From Octopus sinensis (taxonomy: Eukaryota), in the NCBI RefSeq assembly GCF_006345805.1, contig NC_043001.1, positions 2,480,001-2,544,000 on the forward strand: 64,000 bases of DNA. The letters run 5' to 3'. The notes beneath the pieces were generated by a model, which had not been told where the DNA came from, did no database searches, and worked only from the letters and a program-made list of their open reading frames with translations. Positions 38,804-52,025 of the stretch are shown here, in pieces. Position numbers and translations under genes: made by a program. How positions within the stretch are numbered: the stretch's first letter is position 1; each line of letters begins with the position of its first letter.

Positions 38804-40740
38804 TAGAGAGAGAGAAAGAGAAAGAGAGCGAGAGCAAGAGAGATAGAGAGAGAGAGAGAAAGGGAGAGAGATTCCACATGATTGATTGATGTGTTAGAAA
38901 TAGCAATGAAATCTTCCTCAAATCACACCAATTTGCTTAAAGTAAAAAGCAAAAAAGTAAAAGCACCTATGCTGGCATCACATAAAAAGCCCCCATCCTG
39001 CAAAGTGATTGGTGTTAGGAAGGGCATCCGGCTGTTGAAACCAGGCCCAAACAGATGAGTGGGACTTGGCACAGCCCTCCAGCTTGCTAGCCCCTGTTAA
39101 ACTGTTCAACCCATACCAGCATGGGAAAGGGACATTGTAGGATGATGATGATGATGATGATGATGACAACGATATCGACGACGACGACGATGATGACTAT
39201 GATGTTGACAATGAAAGCTGCGCCAGGCCCCCACTTGGGTGTTTTTGACAGGGTTTCTACAGCTGGATGCGCTTACTCAGACCAACCACTTTATAGAGAA
39301 TGCTGGGTACCTTTTATGTGCAACCAGCACAGGTGCCTTTTGGGAGGCACATATGTATATATTTAATGTGTGCATATAACTACTTATTTCTATGAAAAGG
39401 ATGACAACGGAGCCTGGCAAATGGCAAATGGTTCTGTGCTAGAGGAGACCAGTTTAACCCAAACCAGCAAGGAATAATGGATAAGAAGTGATGAAGTTGA
39501 TGATGACCATAGTGGTAATGGTGGTGGTGATAGTGGTAATGGTGGGAGTAGTGATAGTGGTGATGATGATAATGAGAAGATGATAATGACAACAATGAAG
39601 AAGTGGAGGAAGAGGAGGCGATATTTGGGGGTGCAAGATGGTGATGGTGATGGTGACAATGATGATGATGATGATGATGATGGTAGTGTGATATCATATG
39701 TATTTACAGATCATTTCATATGAAGCCCATATAAGCTGCTAAATGTTAAGATCTTCAAAAGAGAAAAGAAAAAAAAACAAATGAAATAGAAATGAAGCAA
39801 AAAAACTGCAGACTAAAATGTGTCATCTAAAACTGTAAGTCGCAAAGGTATTTGATCGATGCAAGACGTAATTAGAGGGTTGGTGTCAAGTAAGGAATGA
39901 AGTTTCGAAAAGTCTTCAGAAATGGTAAGAAGGAAAAAAAAAAAAAAAAACAGGGACAAGTCAGCGTAAGGACATTCCTTGATATCTGTAGTAATGATAG
40001 AGAAAAGCAAAAGAAATAGGTGTTATGAGAAATGGCAAAGAACTGTGCTTTATAATGATCATAGAATTCCTTACAACTCTTGGAAAACGGCTGATATATG
40101 CAATTGCATTGTGTGTGCATGTATGTATTAGTGTGTGTGTGAGTCTAAATTTATTGTATATGTATGTATGTATATCTATGACAATTTATTTACCTCTTTA
40201 TCTATTTGTGTACATATATATATATATACATACATGTGTGTGTCTGTGTGTGTTATAGTAGAGCTGAGAAAAGAAACAGAACTCATGAATATTTATATAT
40301 TTTTACTATTTTTAATCAACAGAGATTTCCAAAAATGAATCAAGGGCCGAGAGTTAAACACCAAGAATATAAAATTGAAAACTGAAAAACTATATCTGCT
40401 TCTTTCTCTCCTCCCTCCTTACTTCTCCATCCTCTCTTCCTATCTCTACATACATGCATGTGTGTGTGTGTGTGTGTGTGTGTGAAGGCATGTAGCCTAG
40501 TTGTTAGAGTGTTGCAGTCATGGGTTCAATTCCTGGAAAAGATGGTGTGTTGTGTTTTTGAGTGAAAGACACAATTTCATTACACACAGTTTTACACTGG
40601 AAACCAGTCGTATGACTGAAGAAACACCTGGAAATCCCTAAATATCCACAGAGTATTTACAAAAGTATCAACGAAAGAGAATGGATTGAGTGAAGTCATT
40701 TCCATGCATAAAACTGAAATTCACTTCGTTGCTGGTTTAC

Positions 40741-40824
40741 TTGCAGATCCTTGCTGTAATGTTGTTGTAAGACATCGCATCAGAAGAATTCCAGCGATAG
40801 ACTAAGATGCCAGTGGATAGCTTG
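40741..40824 (-). CDS. Candidate 84-nt coding exon (KLSTGILVYRWNSSDAMSYNNITARIC), phase 2-2, with in-frame ATG at 40775
   Basis: Acceptor TCTCTCCCAG, donor AA|GTAAAC; only one frame is open and it matches the phase of exon 43886-43977. Confidence 0.55.
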
Positions 40825-41347
40825 CTGGAGAGATACACGCACACACACACACACACATACATTCATATATATGCATAGATATACGCAATCATAAAGATGC
40901 TTACAGCCCTACACACTTATGTATATGAATATATATGTATATGCGTGCACATATTTAACTCTCTCTCTCTCTCTCTGTATATATATATATATGACCTCGG
41001 TGGCATGTAAAAAGCACCATCCCAATCGTGGCCGAAGCCAGTGCCGCCTCGACTGGCTTCCGTGCAGATAGCACGTAAAATGCACCAATCCGACCGTGGC
41101 CAATGCCAGCCTCGCCTGGCACCTGTGCAGGTGGCATGTAAAAAGCACCCACTACATTCACGGAGTGGTTGGCGTTAGGAAGGGTATCCAGCTGTAGAAA
41201 CACTGCCAGATAAGACTGGCCTGGTGCAGCCTTCAGGCTCGCCAGACCCCAGTTGAACCGTCCAACCCATGCTAGCATGGAAAGCGGACGTTAAACGATA
41301 ATGATGATGATGATGATTCCGAAATATAACAATATATATATATATAT

Positions 41348-41530
41348 AAATTAAATTGGAGATAAAACCACTATTAGGCAACTCAAACAGTGATAGACAT
41401 AATAAAAACAGTGATAATTGCCTAATAATGGTTTTATCTCTAATTTAATTTATATTTATACTGTTAAATTTGATTTAATCCTAAATCTAATTTTTCCCTG
41501 TAAGTTTGGATATACTCCCTAATATTATTA
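41348..41530. mobile_element. Related Penelope-like end with 34-bp inverted repeat (41348-41381 and 41418-41451)
   Basis: 32 of 34 positions complementary; arm resembles the 42526 arm (GAGAYAAAACCACTATT); near-identical tail. Confidence 0.5.
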
Positions 41531-41570
41531 TATACATATATATATATATATATATACATATATATATAAA

Positions 41571-41664
<94 letters not shown>

Positions 41665-42399
41665 CATATATAAATATAACAAAACCTGCTTGGTGAACAT
41701 GCTGGTACTGGTGCTGGTGCCACAAAAAACCACCCAATACACTCTGCATGGTGGTTGGCATTAGGAAGGGCATCTGGCCACAGAAACCATGTTAAAACAG
41801 ACAAATAGAGTCTGGGGCAGCTCTCTGTCTTGCAAGCTCATGTCAAAACGTCCAACTCATACCAGCATGGAAAACAAACATTAAATAAGTATGATGATGA
41901 TGATGGTGATGATTATGTCAAGTTATATATATAAACGATTCAACTGTAAGATTATTCAAAATGCTTTAGCTACATACATATAAGTTTTTACAAAGGAAAG
42001 GTTGACTGTAACTTCGAAGTTTTGGATTGCTCAAGGGCATCAGTCTGATTTATTTGAGTTATTTCTGGTTTTATTCTGTCATTGCTAGGTTTTGGACACT
42101 CATCATTTACAACTACCCATTGACGTCAAGACATGGGTGGACCTCAAAAGAGTGTACATACATATGTGCACTCGCACTCCCACTAATGACAAGCTTCCCC
42201 GTTTCCCATCTATCTTATCCACTCACAGAGTTTTGGCCAGTTTATCGATATAAGAGACGACTCTTACCCAGGTGCCTCAGGATGGGGCTGAACCCAAAAC
42301 CATGTTGTTTCGAAAGTTCTTAACCACAGAACCATTGAAAAGGAAAGAATTTGTTACAAAATAAGACTGTCAATAGCATTTATTAATTATTGTCTTATT

Positions 42400-42444
<45 letters not shown>

Positions 42445-42490
42445 ATATATATATGTGTGTGTGTGTATAAATATATATATATATATATAT

Positions 42491-42525
<35 letters not shown>

Positions 42526-42535
<10 letters not shown>

Positions 42536-42853
42536 TATTAGAGACAAAACCACTATTTTGCAAAACAAACAAGGAAAGACTTAATCAATACATAAAATTT
42601 TAATAAATAGTCAAAAAAACCGCCACTACAATTGTTCTTGTCTTGATCGACAATCTTCAGGTGGACTTCCAATAAGTCAGTTTTTTTTGACTATTTATTA
42701 AAATTTTATGTATTGATTAAGTCTTTCCTTGTTTGTTTTGCAAATAGTGGTTTTGTCTCTAATAATATTTTATAATATTTTACTATAAAATTGGATTTAA
42801 TCCTAAATCTAATTTTTCCCTGTAAGTTTGGATATACTCCCTAATATTATTAT
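42526..42853. mobile_element. Penelope-like element end with ~94-bp inverted repeat (arms 42526-42619 and 42681-42774)
   Basis: Arms differ only by homopolymer-length indels; hammerhead in spacer; flanked by (TA)n; tail 42789-42853 is shared with 41466-41530. Confidence 0.6.
42623..42664 (-). ncRNA. Minimal type I hammerhead ribozyme motif (Penelope-type), one A missing from GAAA
   Basis: Minus strand reads CCAC CTGAAGA TTGTC gatcaa GACAA GAAC AATT GTA GTGG: stem I CCAC/GTGG, CUGANGA core, 5-bp stem II, palindromic ACAATTGT stem III, GUA triplet. Confidence 0.7.
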
Positions 42854-42948
42854 ATACATATATATATATATATGATATATGTGCTTATATATACAAATAC
42901 ACAAACCTACTCATATATACTTAAATATATATATGTATGTGTATGTAT

Positions 42949-42979
<31 letters not shown>

Positions 42980-43164
42980 CTTACACATTCACATACACAC
43001 ACACAAACGTGTGTGCACACATGCACACACATCTAGTGTGACCTTGCAATAGACACGGAGCCGAAGGGAAACATTTTCCGAAATGCGAAATTAGAGTATT
43101 GAAAGTATTCTAGGTTAGTATTTCCTAGATTCAGCAGCAAGCAGCATCTCTTCTGTTCATTATA

Positions 43165-43259
43165 TAGATCACACACACACACACACACGCACACACGTGT
43201 ATATACATACACACTTGCACACACATACATATGAATGCCTATCATCATCATTGTCATCA

Positions 43260-43304
<45 letters not shown>

Positions 43305-43765
43305 TGTATACATATACATACACATATGTATACATGTTTATGCATCTGTGTGTGAATATATGTATTTATATGCATATATACATTTATGCATGTAAAATAT
43401 ATATATTCACAGATATATATATATATACATGCATATGTATATATATATATATATGTCTTCACATGCAAGTATAAATTTATGCATGTAAAATATATATATA
43501 CACAGATATATATATACATGCATATGTATACATATATATATATATGTATATATGTATACATATATATATATATATATATATGTATGTATATACATATATT
43601 TGTATATACATGTATATGTATATATACATATGCATATAGATGTGTATATATATATGTATATACATACATTTGTATATACATGTATATGTATATATACATA
43701 TGCATATAGATGTATATATATATATATATATATGTATGTTTGTATATATATTTATATATATATAC

Positions 43766-43813
<48 letters not shown>

Positions 43814-43880
43814 GTATATGTATATATATATGTAGGTATATATATATATATATATATATGTGTATGTATGTATATGCGCG
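43165..43880. repeat. Compound (TA)n/(CA)n low-complexity tract
   Basis: Direct reading; source of the longest spurious ORFs. Confidence 0.95.
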
Positions 43881-43885
43881 CTCAC

Positions 43886-43977
43886 AGTGAACCTTCTCTG
43901 TCTAATTCCTCAACTGCTTCTTCTTCTTCTTCCCCATTAGCAGAAGCTGGTTTATTTAAAGAATTTCTCCGTTGCAT
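43886..43977 (-). CDS. Candidate first coding exon of an unidentified minus-strand gene ([30 protein letters not shown], phase 2 end)
   Basis: CACCACCATG start context; stops in all three frames shortly upstream; 92 nt open; donor CT|GTGAGC; non-repetitive island between (TA)n and a GA-rich tract. Confidence 0.65.
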
Positions 43978-44214
43978 GGTGGTGGTGATTGATGATTTTA
44001 ATCAATCAATGATTTAGTATTTTTACTGGGAAATATAAATTTTTTTGTTCGTTCTAAGATGGGGGTGGGGGTGAAAGAAGGAGGGGGATGTACAATAAGA
44101 ATGCTTCAACTAAAATGAGTTCAGAACTGGCATGGAATTGCCAGGAGTATGGTAATTAAGAAGGTGGATATATTGCAAACGAAGATTCTAAGAAAGAAAC
44201 TATCATTAACCGTT

Positions 44215-44267
<53 letters not shown>

Positions 44268-44950
44268 GTGTATGTGGTGGTGGGGGAGATTAGAATAAAT
44301 CTGGTTCTGTCGTGGGTGAGTAATGGAAATAGTAATTCTGTGGAATATAGTGAATGTGTAGATACTGAAGAAAATTTTAAAGGAGTTTGGATTCGATAAT
44401 AAATCTTGGAATTATATAAAAAAAAATATAGTTCTGACATCATATACAGGAATAGAGACATGGACTTTATAAAGAGAAGAGGATTATTAGAGAAGATGAT
44501 GGATAGAAAAGGAGAGAGAGAGAGAGAGAGAATGGAATATAGAAAGAGAAAGAGAGAACAAGGGATGTGCAGAGAGAGAAAGAGGAGAGAGTATGTGTAG
44601 AAAGAGAGAGAGGAAAGGGGAGTTTTGAGAGAGAAAAATGAGGGTAGTGTAAATAGAGAGGGAGGAGGCAGTGTAAAGAGAGGGAGTAGGAGGTGCAAAG
44701 GTAGAGAAAAAGAGAGTGAGGTGTAAGGCGGGAAAGAGAGAGGATAGAGAGAGTGAGAGAAAGAGGGAAGGGTGTAAAGAGAGAAAGAAAGAAAGAGAGA
44801 GATTCATGAAAAGGAGGAATCAGAGAGAGAGGAAGTGTAGTGAAAGAGAGAGTAATGTAAAGAAACAAGGTAGAAAGGGAAAAGAAAGAGTGAGAAAGTA
44901 ATAAAAAGAGAGAGGAGGAGGGAGGGGGTATGGGGGTGGCAGAGAGAGAT
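44215..44950. repeat. GA-rich polypurine tract upstream of the 43977 candidate start exon
   Basis: Direct reading. Confidence 0.85.
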
Positions 44951-45073
44951 CAATTAAGCTTTAATGAAGCAATTGATAGATTTGAATGCAACACTGATTT
45001 TTAAGATGAAGATAATTTGATTTGATTAATTTCTTCAAAATTAAAGAAAAAACAATTTGAATAGAACTGATAC

Positions 45074-45107
45074 CATATTGACCAGAAAATGGAATGGTAA
45101 AGTTAAC
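45074..45107 (-). CDS. Candidate 34-nt micro-exon (VNFTIPFSGQY)
   Basis: Acceptor TATGTTTTGCAG, donor G|GTATCA; phase-compatible with 48550-48682; short, so could be chance. Confidence 0.25.
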
Positions 45108-46204
45108 CTGCAAAACATAATTCACAAGATTACACTTATTCATACTTAAATTCTTGCTCTTTTGACATAAGTCTCTTTTGCTGTATACACAATTTAAACT
45201 TTGCCTATATATCTTTACTTTCTCAATTCACTGATACACTTCTGTTGAAAACATGAGTTTGATTTTTATATTTTAGAATCTGTTATACAAAGCATGTTTT
45301 GGAATATAAAATTAAATGCATTAGATTTCATATCTTAATATGAGATTTGAACTCTTGAAGTGAGAGTTTGACTGAGTCTACTTTTGAATGGAGGTAAATT
45401 ATATATCAAGGAATTGTGCCAAGCTGAGACAACAGGACATCATCATCAGGCTGTGGGATGAAATGTTAGAATTTCAATCATGTTTCATGGTCTGCTACCA
45501 CAACAGCTCCTTTATAGGATCCAGTTAGCTCAAGACATCATCAGGAGGAACCACGTCCGGTTTCAGCCCCTACACCTCTACCGTTTTGACATGGCGGGGC
45601 CCCATCTTTCGGAGGTATCTTCAGCTCTGGTGTTGGGTGCATGTCTTCTTTCTTCTGTCCAGCAAATTTCAAGAAATTTGCTGGACTTAAATTTTGGTCT
45701 GTGTACAATCATTCCTTTGGCATAGAAGTCATGTTCTTTTCAAAATCATCATTCGGCATTCGTTTTATGTTCAATTTGTATGGTAGCATGGGTTGGACGG
45801 TTTGACTGAGGGCTGGTGAACCAGATGGCTGCACCAGGCTCCAATCTTGATCTGGCAGAGTTTCTACAGCTGGATACCCTTCCTAACGCCAGCCACTCTG
45901 AGAGTGTAGTGGGTGCTTTTACATGCCACCGGCACAGGGCTAGTCAGGCGGTACTGGCAATGACCTCGTTCGAATCTTTTTACACATGCCACTAGCACAG
46001 GTGCCAGTAAGGCGATGCTGGTAATGATCACACTTGAATGGTGCCTTTTACATACCACTGGCATGGAGGCCAGAGAGCCGCTCTGGCAACGATCACACTC
46101 GGATGTTGCTCTTGGCACCCTACTTGCACAGGGCACAAGTGCCAGTAAGGCAACGCTGGTAACGATCACACTCAAATGGTGCCTTTTATGTCCCACTGGC
46201 ACGG

Positions 46205-46720
46205 AAGCCGGTTATGCTCCAAAATATGCACAAACACTTGCATATGTTGTGCAAAATTGTCAATTACTCAAACAGATTCCTCTTTGGGGATTTCCCTGAT
46301 TGCTGCTTTCTGTTCCCCAATCGTTTGAGGTTTGTTCTGGTAAACATTATTCTTAAGATACTCCTACAGATAAAAATCTGTGGGTTTCAAATCTAGTGAA
46401 TGCGGTGCCCACTCAATGTCACCCTTCCTGCTGATCAGTTTCTCCTGAAATTTCTCTCTCAGCCCGACTAGGGAGTCATTTGATGTGTTGGTGGGGTGGA
46501 GGGGACCCATCTTGCTGGAACCATTGCTCTTTTTTTTTAATTCTCTTGCCACAGTTTACCTTGGACTGCATTATCCAACATATCCTTCCTTATTCCGAAA
46601 TAACATGTCACAAGAAATGTTTTGCTGCTAATCTTAGCAACTTAAAAGACTGTGTTGAGACTCCAGTAATTTATACAAAACTGTTTCAAGTTGTTCAATT
46701 AAAAAAAATATTTAAAATTT
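46205..46720 (-). mobile_element. Tc1/mariner-superfamily transposase C-terminal remnant
   Basis: LREKFQEKLISRKGDIEWAPHSLDLKPTDFYL.EYLKNNVYQNKPQTIGEQKAAI. Confidence 0.8.
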
Positions 46721-46910
46721 AATTTTCACTTTAACTTGAAGTTTTCAATCCCAAGATAACATCTCATTTCTATTATTTTCTCAAACATTTTCATTTCTTT
46801 CATTTGAAGTTTTTTTTTTTTTTTCCATTTTCTTTGATTTGTTTGAAATTGATAAAATAAACACTCGGTGCTTCCTGTCTTTTATCATCAACAGGATTTA
46901 ACTATCTTAA

Positions 46911-47532
46911 CCTTCTCAGACCTGGACCCCTGTATCCAACTTTACCCTTCGCCTGGACTCCTGAGCAAAAAAAAAAATAAATAAATAGTTGCATTTTCTG
47001 CTGAAGAGTAATTTTAGCAGGCAAAATAATGGACAGAATCACAAAAACAAAAACATTCAGGAGAATAACAATGATAGGCCTATCACTCAACTACTGCATT
47101 TGTTTACCTAAATTGCTTCTTTCCTCACCATTTTCACCTGACTGATTGTCAGAACCACTCTCATAGCTTGTATAAAGGGTAAATTTTTTGTATGAAGAAT
47201 AAACATCACCAAAAAATTTCCTCGGCTGCAAAAAGTCTTGATCTTGCTCATTTACCTGATGAAGAGCTGGATTCATCCCCTGCTCATTTCATTGCAGAAT
47301 CATTTATCATTTTTTTGCAATTAAAAACAAAAGTAAACGACAACTAACGGAATACAAAAAACAATGATTCATAAAAACACAACTGACTTCAAAGCAGCAA
47401 TGCAATTGGTTGTTTAGTTTTAGAATTTCCTCTTCTTGTTCTACATGAGTTGTTCATTACCTCCTTAATGAGAATCCAGCTGAGATTCCATTTATGCTAT
47501 TCCCGGTATTCTGGGAACATATCACAATAAGG
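46911..47532. mobile_element. ~620-bp non-autonomous piggyBac-like element
   Basis: TTAA|CCTT ... AAGG|TTAA; a second copy aligns along its length at about 19153-19752. Confidence 0.7.
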
Positions 47533-48549
47533 TTAAATCATTGGGTGTTTATCATAATGTTTCTCCCAATTTGAACCCCTTCACCTGGTTCATTGGGTCT
47601 CTAGCATGTATGTCTGCTTTCTTGTCTGAAAATATAAATTTTTTTTGTTTCCTCACCAACAGCAGCCTCAAAGCATCAGAAGCAATGCTTTTCCTCTTTT
47701 AAGTCATTAAAATATTTTGAATTTGTTTTACAATTCTGATTAGACTTGGACAGGTCTGCAACATAGAATTTCACTTCATTCTCAATTAAGACATCTCAAA
47801 TGCAAAGGGAAATGTTCTTTCATATGGCATCACCATTTTTTACCAAGTTTTTGTCAATACACTGTACAGCAGAACATTTCATTGTTGACCTATGACACAT
47901 TCTCACTTTGGAAAGTAAGACAGGTCTGTGATATTTGAATGGATCTATGTCTGTGAGAATGCCAGGAATTTGGAAATCTGTGCAAGCTAAGTTGAATCAG
48001 TCAACTCAACAATAAGAGAAAATTAGCTAAATGCAAGAATTTATGAAAATAAAAATGATATTCGTTACAAGCAACAAAAATGTAGAATATTTGGTGCTTC
48101 TTCCGAGGCTTAATCTGACTGATTTAAACTATAACGGGAAAGAATGAAAGAGAAGTTGCTCAAACAAAAACCAAAATTCCATTCATGTGTGACAATATCA
48201 AGGCTGAATGAACGACAAACCCTATATTTTAATATCAGAAGCGCGATATAGACACTGCAGTGATATTAATAATTCTTTTATTCAGACCACTACATGATAT
48301 TAGATGAGGGGGAGGAGTACAAACGGATACTTGTTCACCTTCAGGAATCACAAGAACAAGTGATTCTATGAGTAAGAAGACATAGTAATTATCAGAAGCC
48401 GAACCAATAAATGTGCAGTGACAAGACCTCATTAATATCGGTAAGGAGGAGTGAAGGAGGAATTACTCTGATTTCTTTGAATCACTGCTGATGGAAAAAT
48501 TAGTTTAGCTTCTGAGGAAACAATTGACCAGAGAAATAGATTTTATTAC

Positions 48550-48682
48550 ATATGAAACAATGAAATCAATGCAAATATCTTTATATCTCTGCATGGTTGG
48601 TTTGAAACGGAAAGTTCTTGAAAGCATTGTTGTCCATTGTGTTTCTCTCTGCTGCAAAATTTCCTGCTGAGAAATTACACAT
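48550..48682 (-). CDS. Candidate 133-nt exon (CVISQQEILQQRETQWTTMLSRTFRFKPTMQRYKDICIDFIVSY)
   Basis: Acceptor TTTCTCTCGCAG, donor TAT|GTAATA, 44 open codons. Confidence 0.4.
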
Positions 48683-51158
48683 CTGCGAGAGAAACATTAA
48701 AAAAAATAATAATAAATAAACTAAAACCAATAAATATATACAAAACATTATGAGTAGATAGAGGAATTAATAAATGATGTAATACAGATAGATGACTGAG
48801 CAGAGATAAATATCCAGGTGTGCCTTCTGTATGAGAAATTAACAGTAAAGAGAGATCCTGCAAACTTGATATGTTTTTTTCTTTTGAATGCTGGGGCTCT
48901 GCCTTAAACAATTTTTTAGTCAAGAGGATCAACCCCAGGACTTATTTGTTCCATCAGTCTATTTTGTTGAACTGCTAAGTTACGAGGATGTAGACAAACC
49001 AACACTGGTTGTTATGTGGTGGTGGGGGGGACAAACAGACTCAGACACACTCAAAAACATGGACTTACATGCGACAGGCTTCTTTCAGTTTCCATCTACC
49101 AATGCTATTCACAAGGTTGGCTTGAAGCTATAGCAGAACACACCTGAAAAGCTTTGCCCAGTTTCCATCAACTAAATCCATTAGCAAGGCATTATTCAGT
49201 CAGGGGTTACCATAGAAACACTTGCCCAAGATGCCATACTGTAGGACCGAACTCCAAGCCATATGGTAAAGAAACATCTTCTAAAACATGCAACCAGGCC
49301 TGCACTTATGTCTCAATAAAAGACAGACGAGTTATGGCTGGGACAACTTGGTCCAGTCAGATCTGTCTTGGCGCTAAAGAACTGCAGAGAGAACTTTAGC
49401 AAACTCAGGTGTATTTGGTGAACATCTCTTTTATAATTTTACATTTATTTTCCCAAAGAAGCATCACTAAAATGCTTTTGGTTAAATTATTGCAGCTGAA
49501 ATTCTTCTAAGAATAATGTTATTTCTTCTACTCTCAGCTGGAAGGTGGAGTGGAGCTTAATTATTTATCCAACACTCAATTGAAAAATGAAGCTACGAAT
49601 CTAAGATACATTGATAGATATACACTTTTATAATCAACACAAAATGTAAATGCTCTTTAAGGTTTTATAAGATGTACACATGTTTCCATATGCCAACTGT
49701 CATTACTACATAAGCAGCTTGGCTATATTATGCAATATTATCGGCTCACTTCTTCAGTATTATCATCAAATGCAACATAAAGAACTTTATATATCATCAT
49801 CATTATCATTTACTAGTATGCAAATTAAATACCATTTGGTTATTTTGGCAGAAGGTGATAAGAGTAAGATTGTTTGAACGATGTGAAGTATTTTAGTGCA
49901 ATGTTTCTGATGGATGTGGGGAAGGACTATGAAAACTGAAATGGGACTGGGCACAGAGAACCCTATTAAATACATTTAAGAAGACTTTATTTAAACATTT
50001 AAACGTGCCCAACACCTTAGCAAAGAAAGAAGAATCACATGGATGCCAAAATCTGTTTAGTTTCTAATTGAAGATGGAGGCCAATATTTTCCTCAATTTT
50101 ATTTTAGGTGATGGATGGTGGCTATTTATTGAGTCTGAAACCCACTACCTTAGCATGCTATGCAAACGCTATAGTAAGGCTTGAACTCAAGGCCATGTTG
50201 TTGGTGTTGTCATTCACCATGCACCTTCTATTTAAATTTATTGAGCTTTACTAGATTATACACACAAAAAAAAAACTTATATTTAATGTTTTCAGTGTGT
50301 ATAAAATCTTGTTCTTATTATTAAATCTACAATAGGCTTTCATCTTTTGTCTAATACAATAAACAGTGGAATATTTATTTTTTTTAACAAACCGTTATAA
50401 AAACATTTTTTATTTTCAGGTTGTATACATGGTGAAGAGCATGCGATATAGAGTGGTGCTTGCACACAGTAGAAAATACATTTTCATACTTATTTCTTAG
50501 TCTCAATTGTCATGTCTCAAGTAAAGATATATCTATCAAAATTTCAAAACAGTTAATGACATAACCTCTCCCATTTTACGTTGCCTTCAGTTAATTCAAA
50601 ACACCAGCTTAGAAGCATACACTGCAGCACGAAATACATAAAGTGCTGTTGATTGATAAGTAAGTGTAGCATCGTACGGTTTTATTTCTTGCTTCATGTG
50701 CAGCTTTTGGCACATTCACAGAGGAATGATGCGACAATCTTTGACATTAATGTTAACAATCAGAATACATGATTACTCATAGATTCTTTATATCAAAAGA
50801 TCTCTTTGAGGGAATTCTATTCTCTATGCTATTGGTGTGGGGGGAGGAATAAAGGCATTTCTTAGTTATTCCTAAAACTGTCAATATCTATCATACTTCT
50901 TATTAGATCTACTGAATGTGAAGAAGACATACATATGTGTGTGTGCGTGTGTGTGTTTACATATATACATATATATATGTTTACATATATATACGTGTGT
51001 GTATAAATACATATGTATTCCTATATATCTTTACATATGTATATACATGCACATATACATGTTTAAGAATTTATATTTATATCTATAAACATACATTCAT
51101 ATATGTATATATACATGCATGTATATATAAATATATACATGCAAATATCTATATATGT

Positions 51159-51209
<51 letters not shown>

Positions 51210-51284
51210 GATACGTAGATATAAATTTACATGCATATATGTATAAGTGTATGTATATGCATTTATATATAAACATGTGTATAT

Positions 51285-51341
<57 letters not shown>

Positions 51342-51976
51342 GTATATATAATGTATATATAGTTATTCACATGCAAGCATAACACACAATTTTAGAGTAT
51401 TCTAGTCTGTCATAGGGAAATATTCATTTTATTTATTCACATAACTTCGATATAAAAGGTAAGTTATACATAATCAATACGCAAGACATTCTTCTTGGGA
51501 ACATATCAATAGAATAAAATAATCTAATATGCAATATTTCTTTCGTTGGTGTTCAAGAAAAAGTAACGTTTTTCTCAGAAATAGTTTTATTTACAAAACG
51601 AGTTTGTTCTAAACATTACTTACAAGGAGTGCATATTTCCTTAAATCTGGCATGGGAAGAATAAAAACATAAAACAAGAAAAAAATATATATATAAAGAG
51701 CAGGAGAAATTTATGGTTTGAATCAACTGTTTCTTAGCACTGAACCAAAGAGGGAATTTTGTGAGATTGCAAGTAAAAGGAAGATAGTTATTTAGTAGAG
51801 AAAATCACAATGTCAAACTATCAGGAAATATATTGGAATAACACTGAAAGGGTTATCTTACACAAGAAAAAAATTCACTCTGAAAGTCTATGGCTTGTTG
51901 CGAGGCAATAATTCTCTGACTTCCCCTCTGACTATATATATATATATACGTATATATATATATATATATTATATAT

Positions 51977-52025
<49 letters not shown>

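Noticed and set aside
43169-43885. 238-aa ORF and many other Y/I/H/T/C/V-rich ORFs in the track
   Set aside because: They are translations of (TA)n, (CA)n, (TAA)n, (CAT)n or (GATA)n microsatellites with no coding signal.
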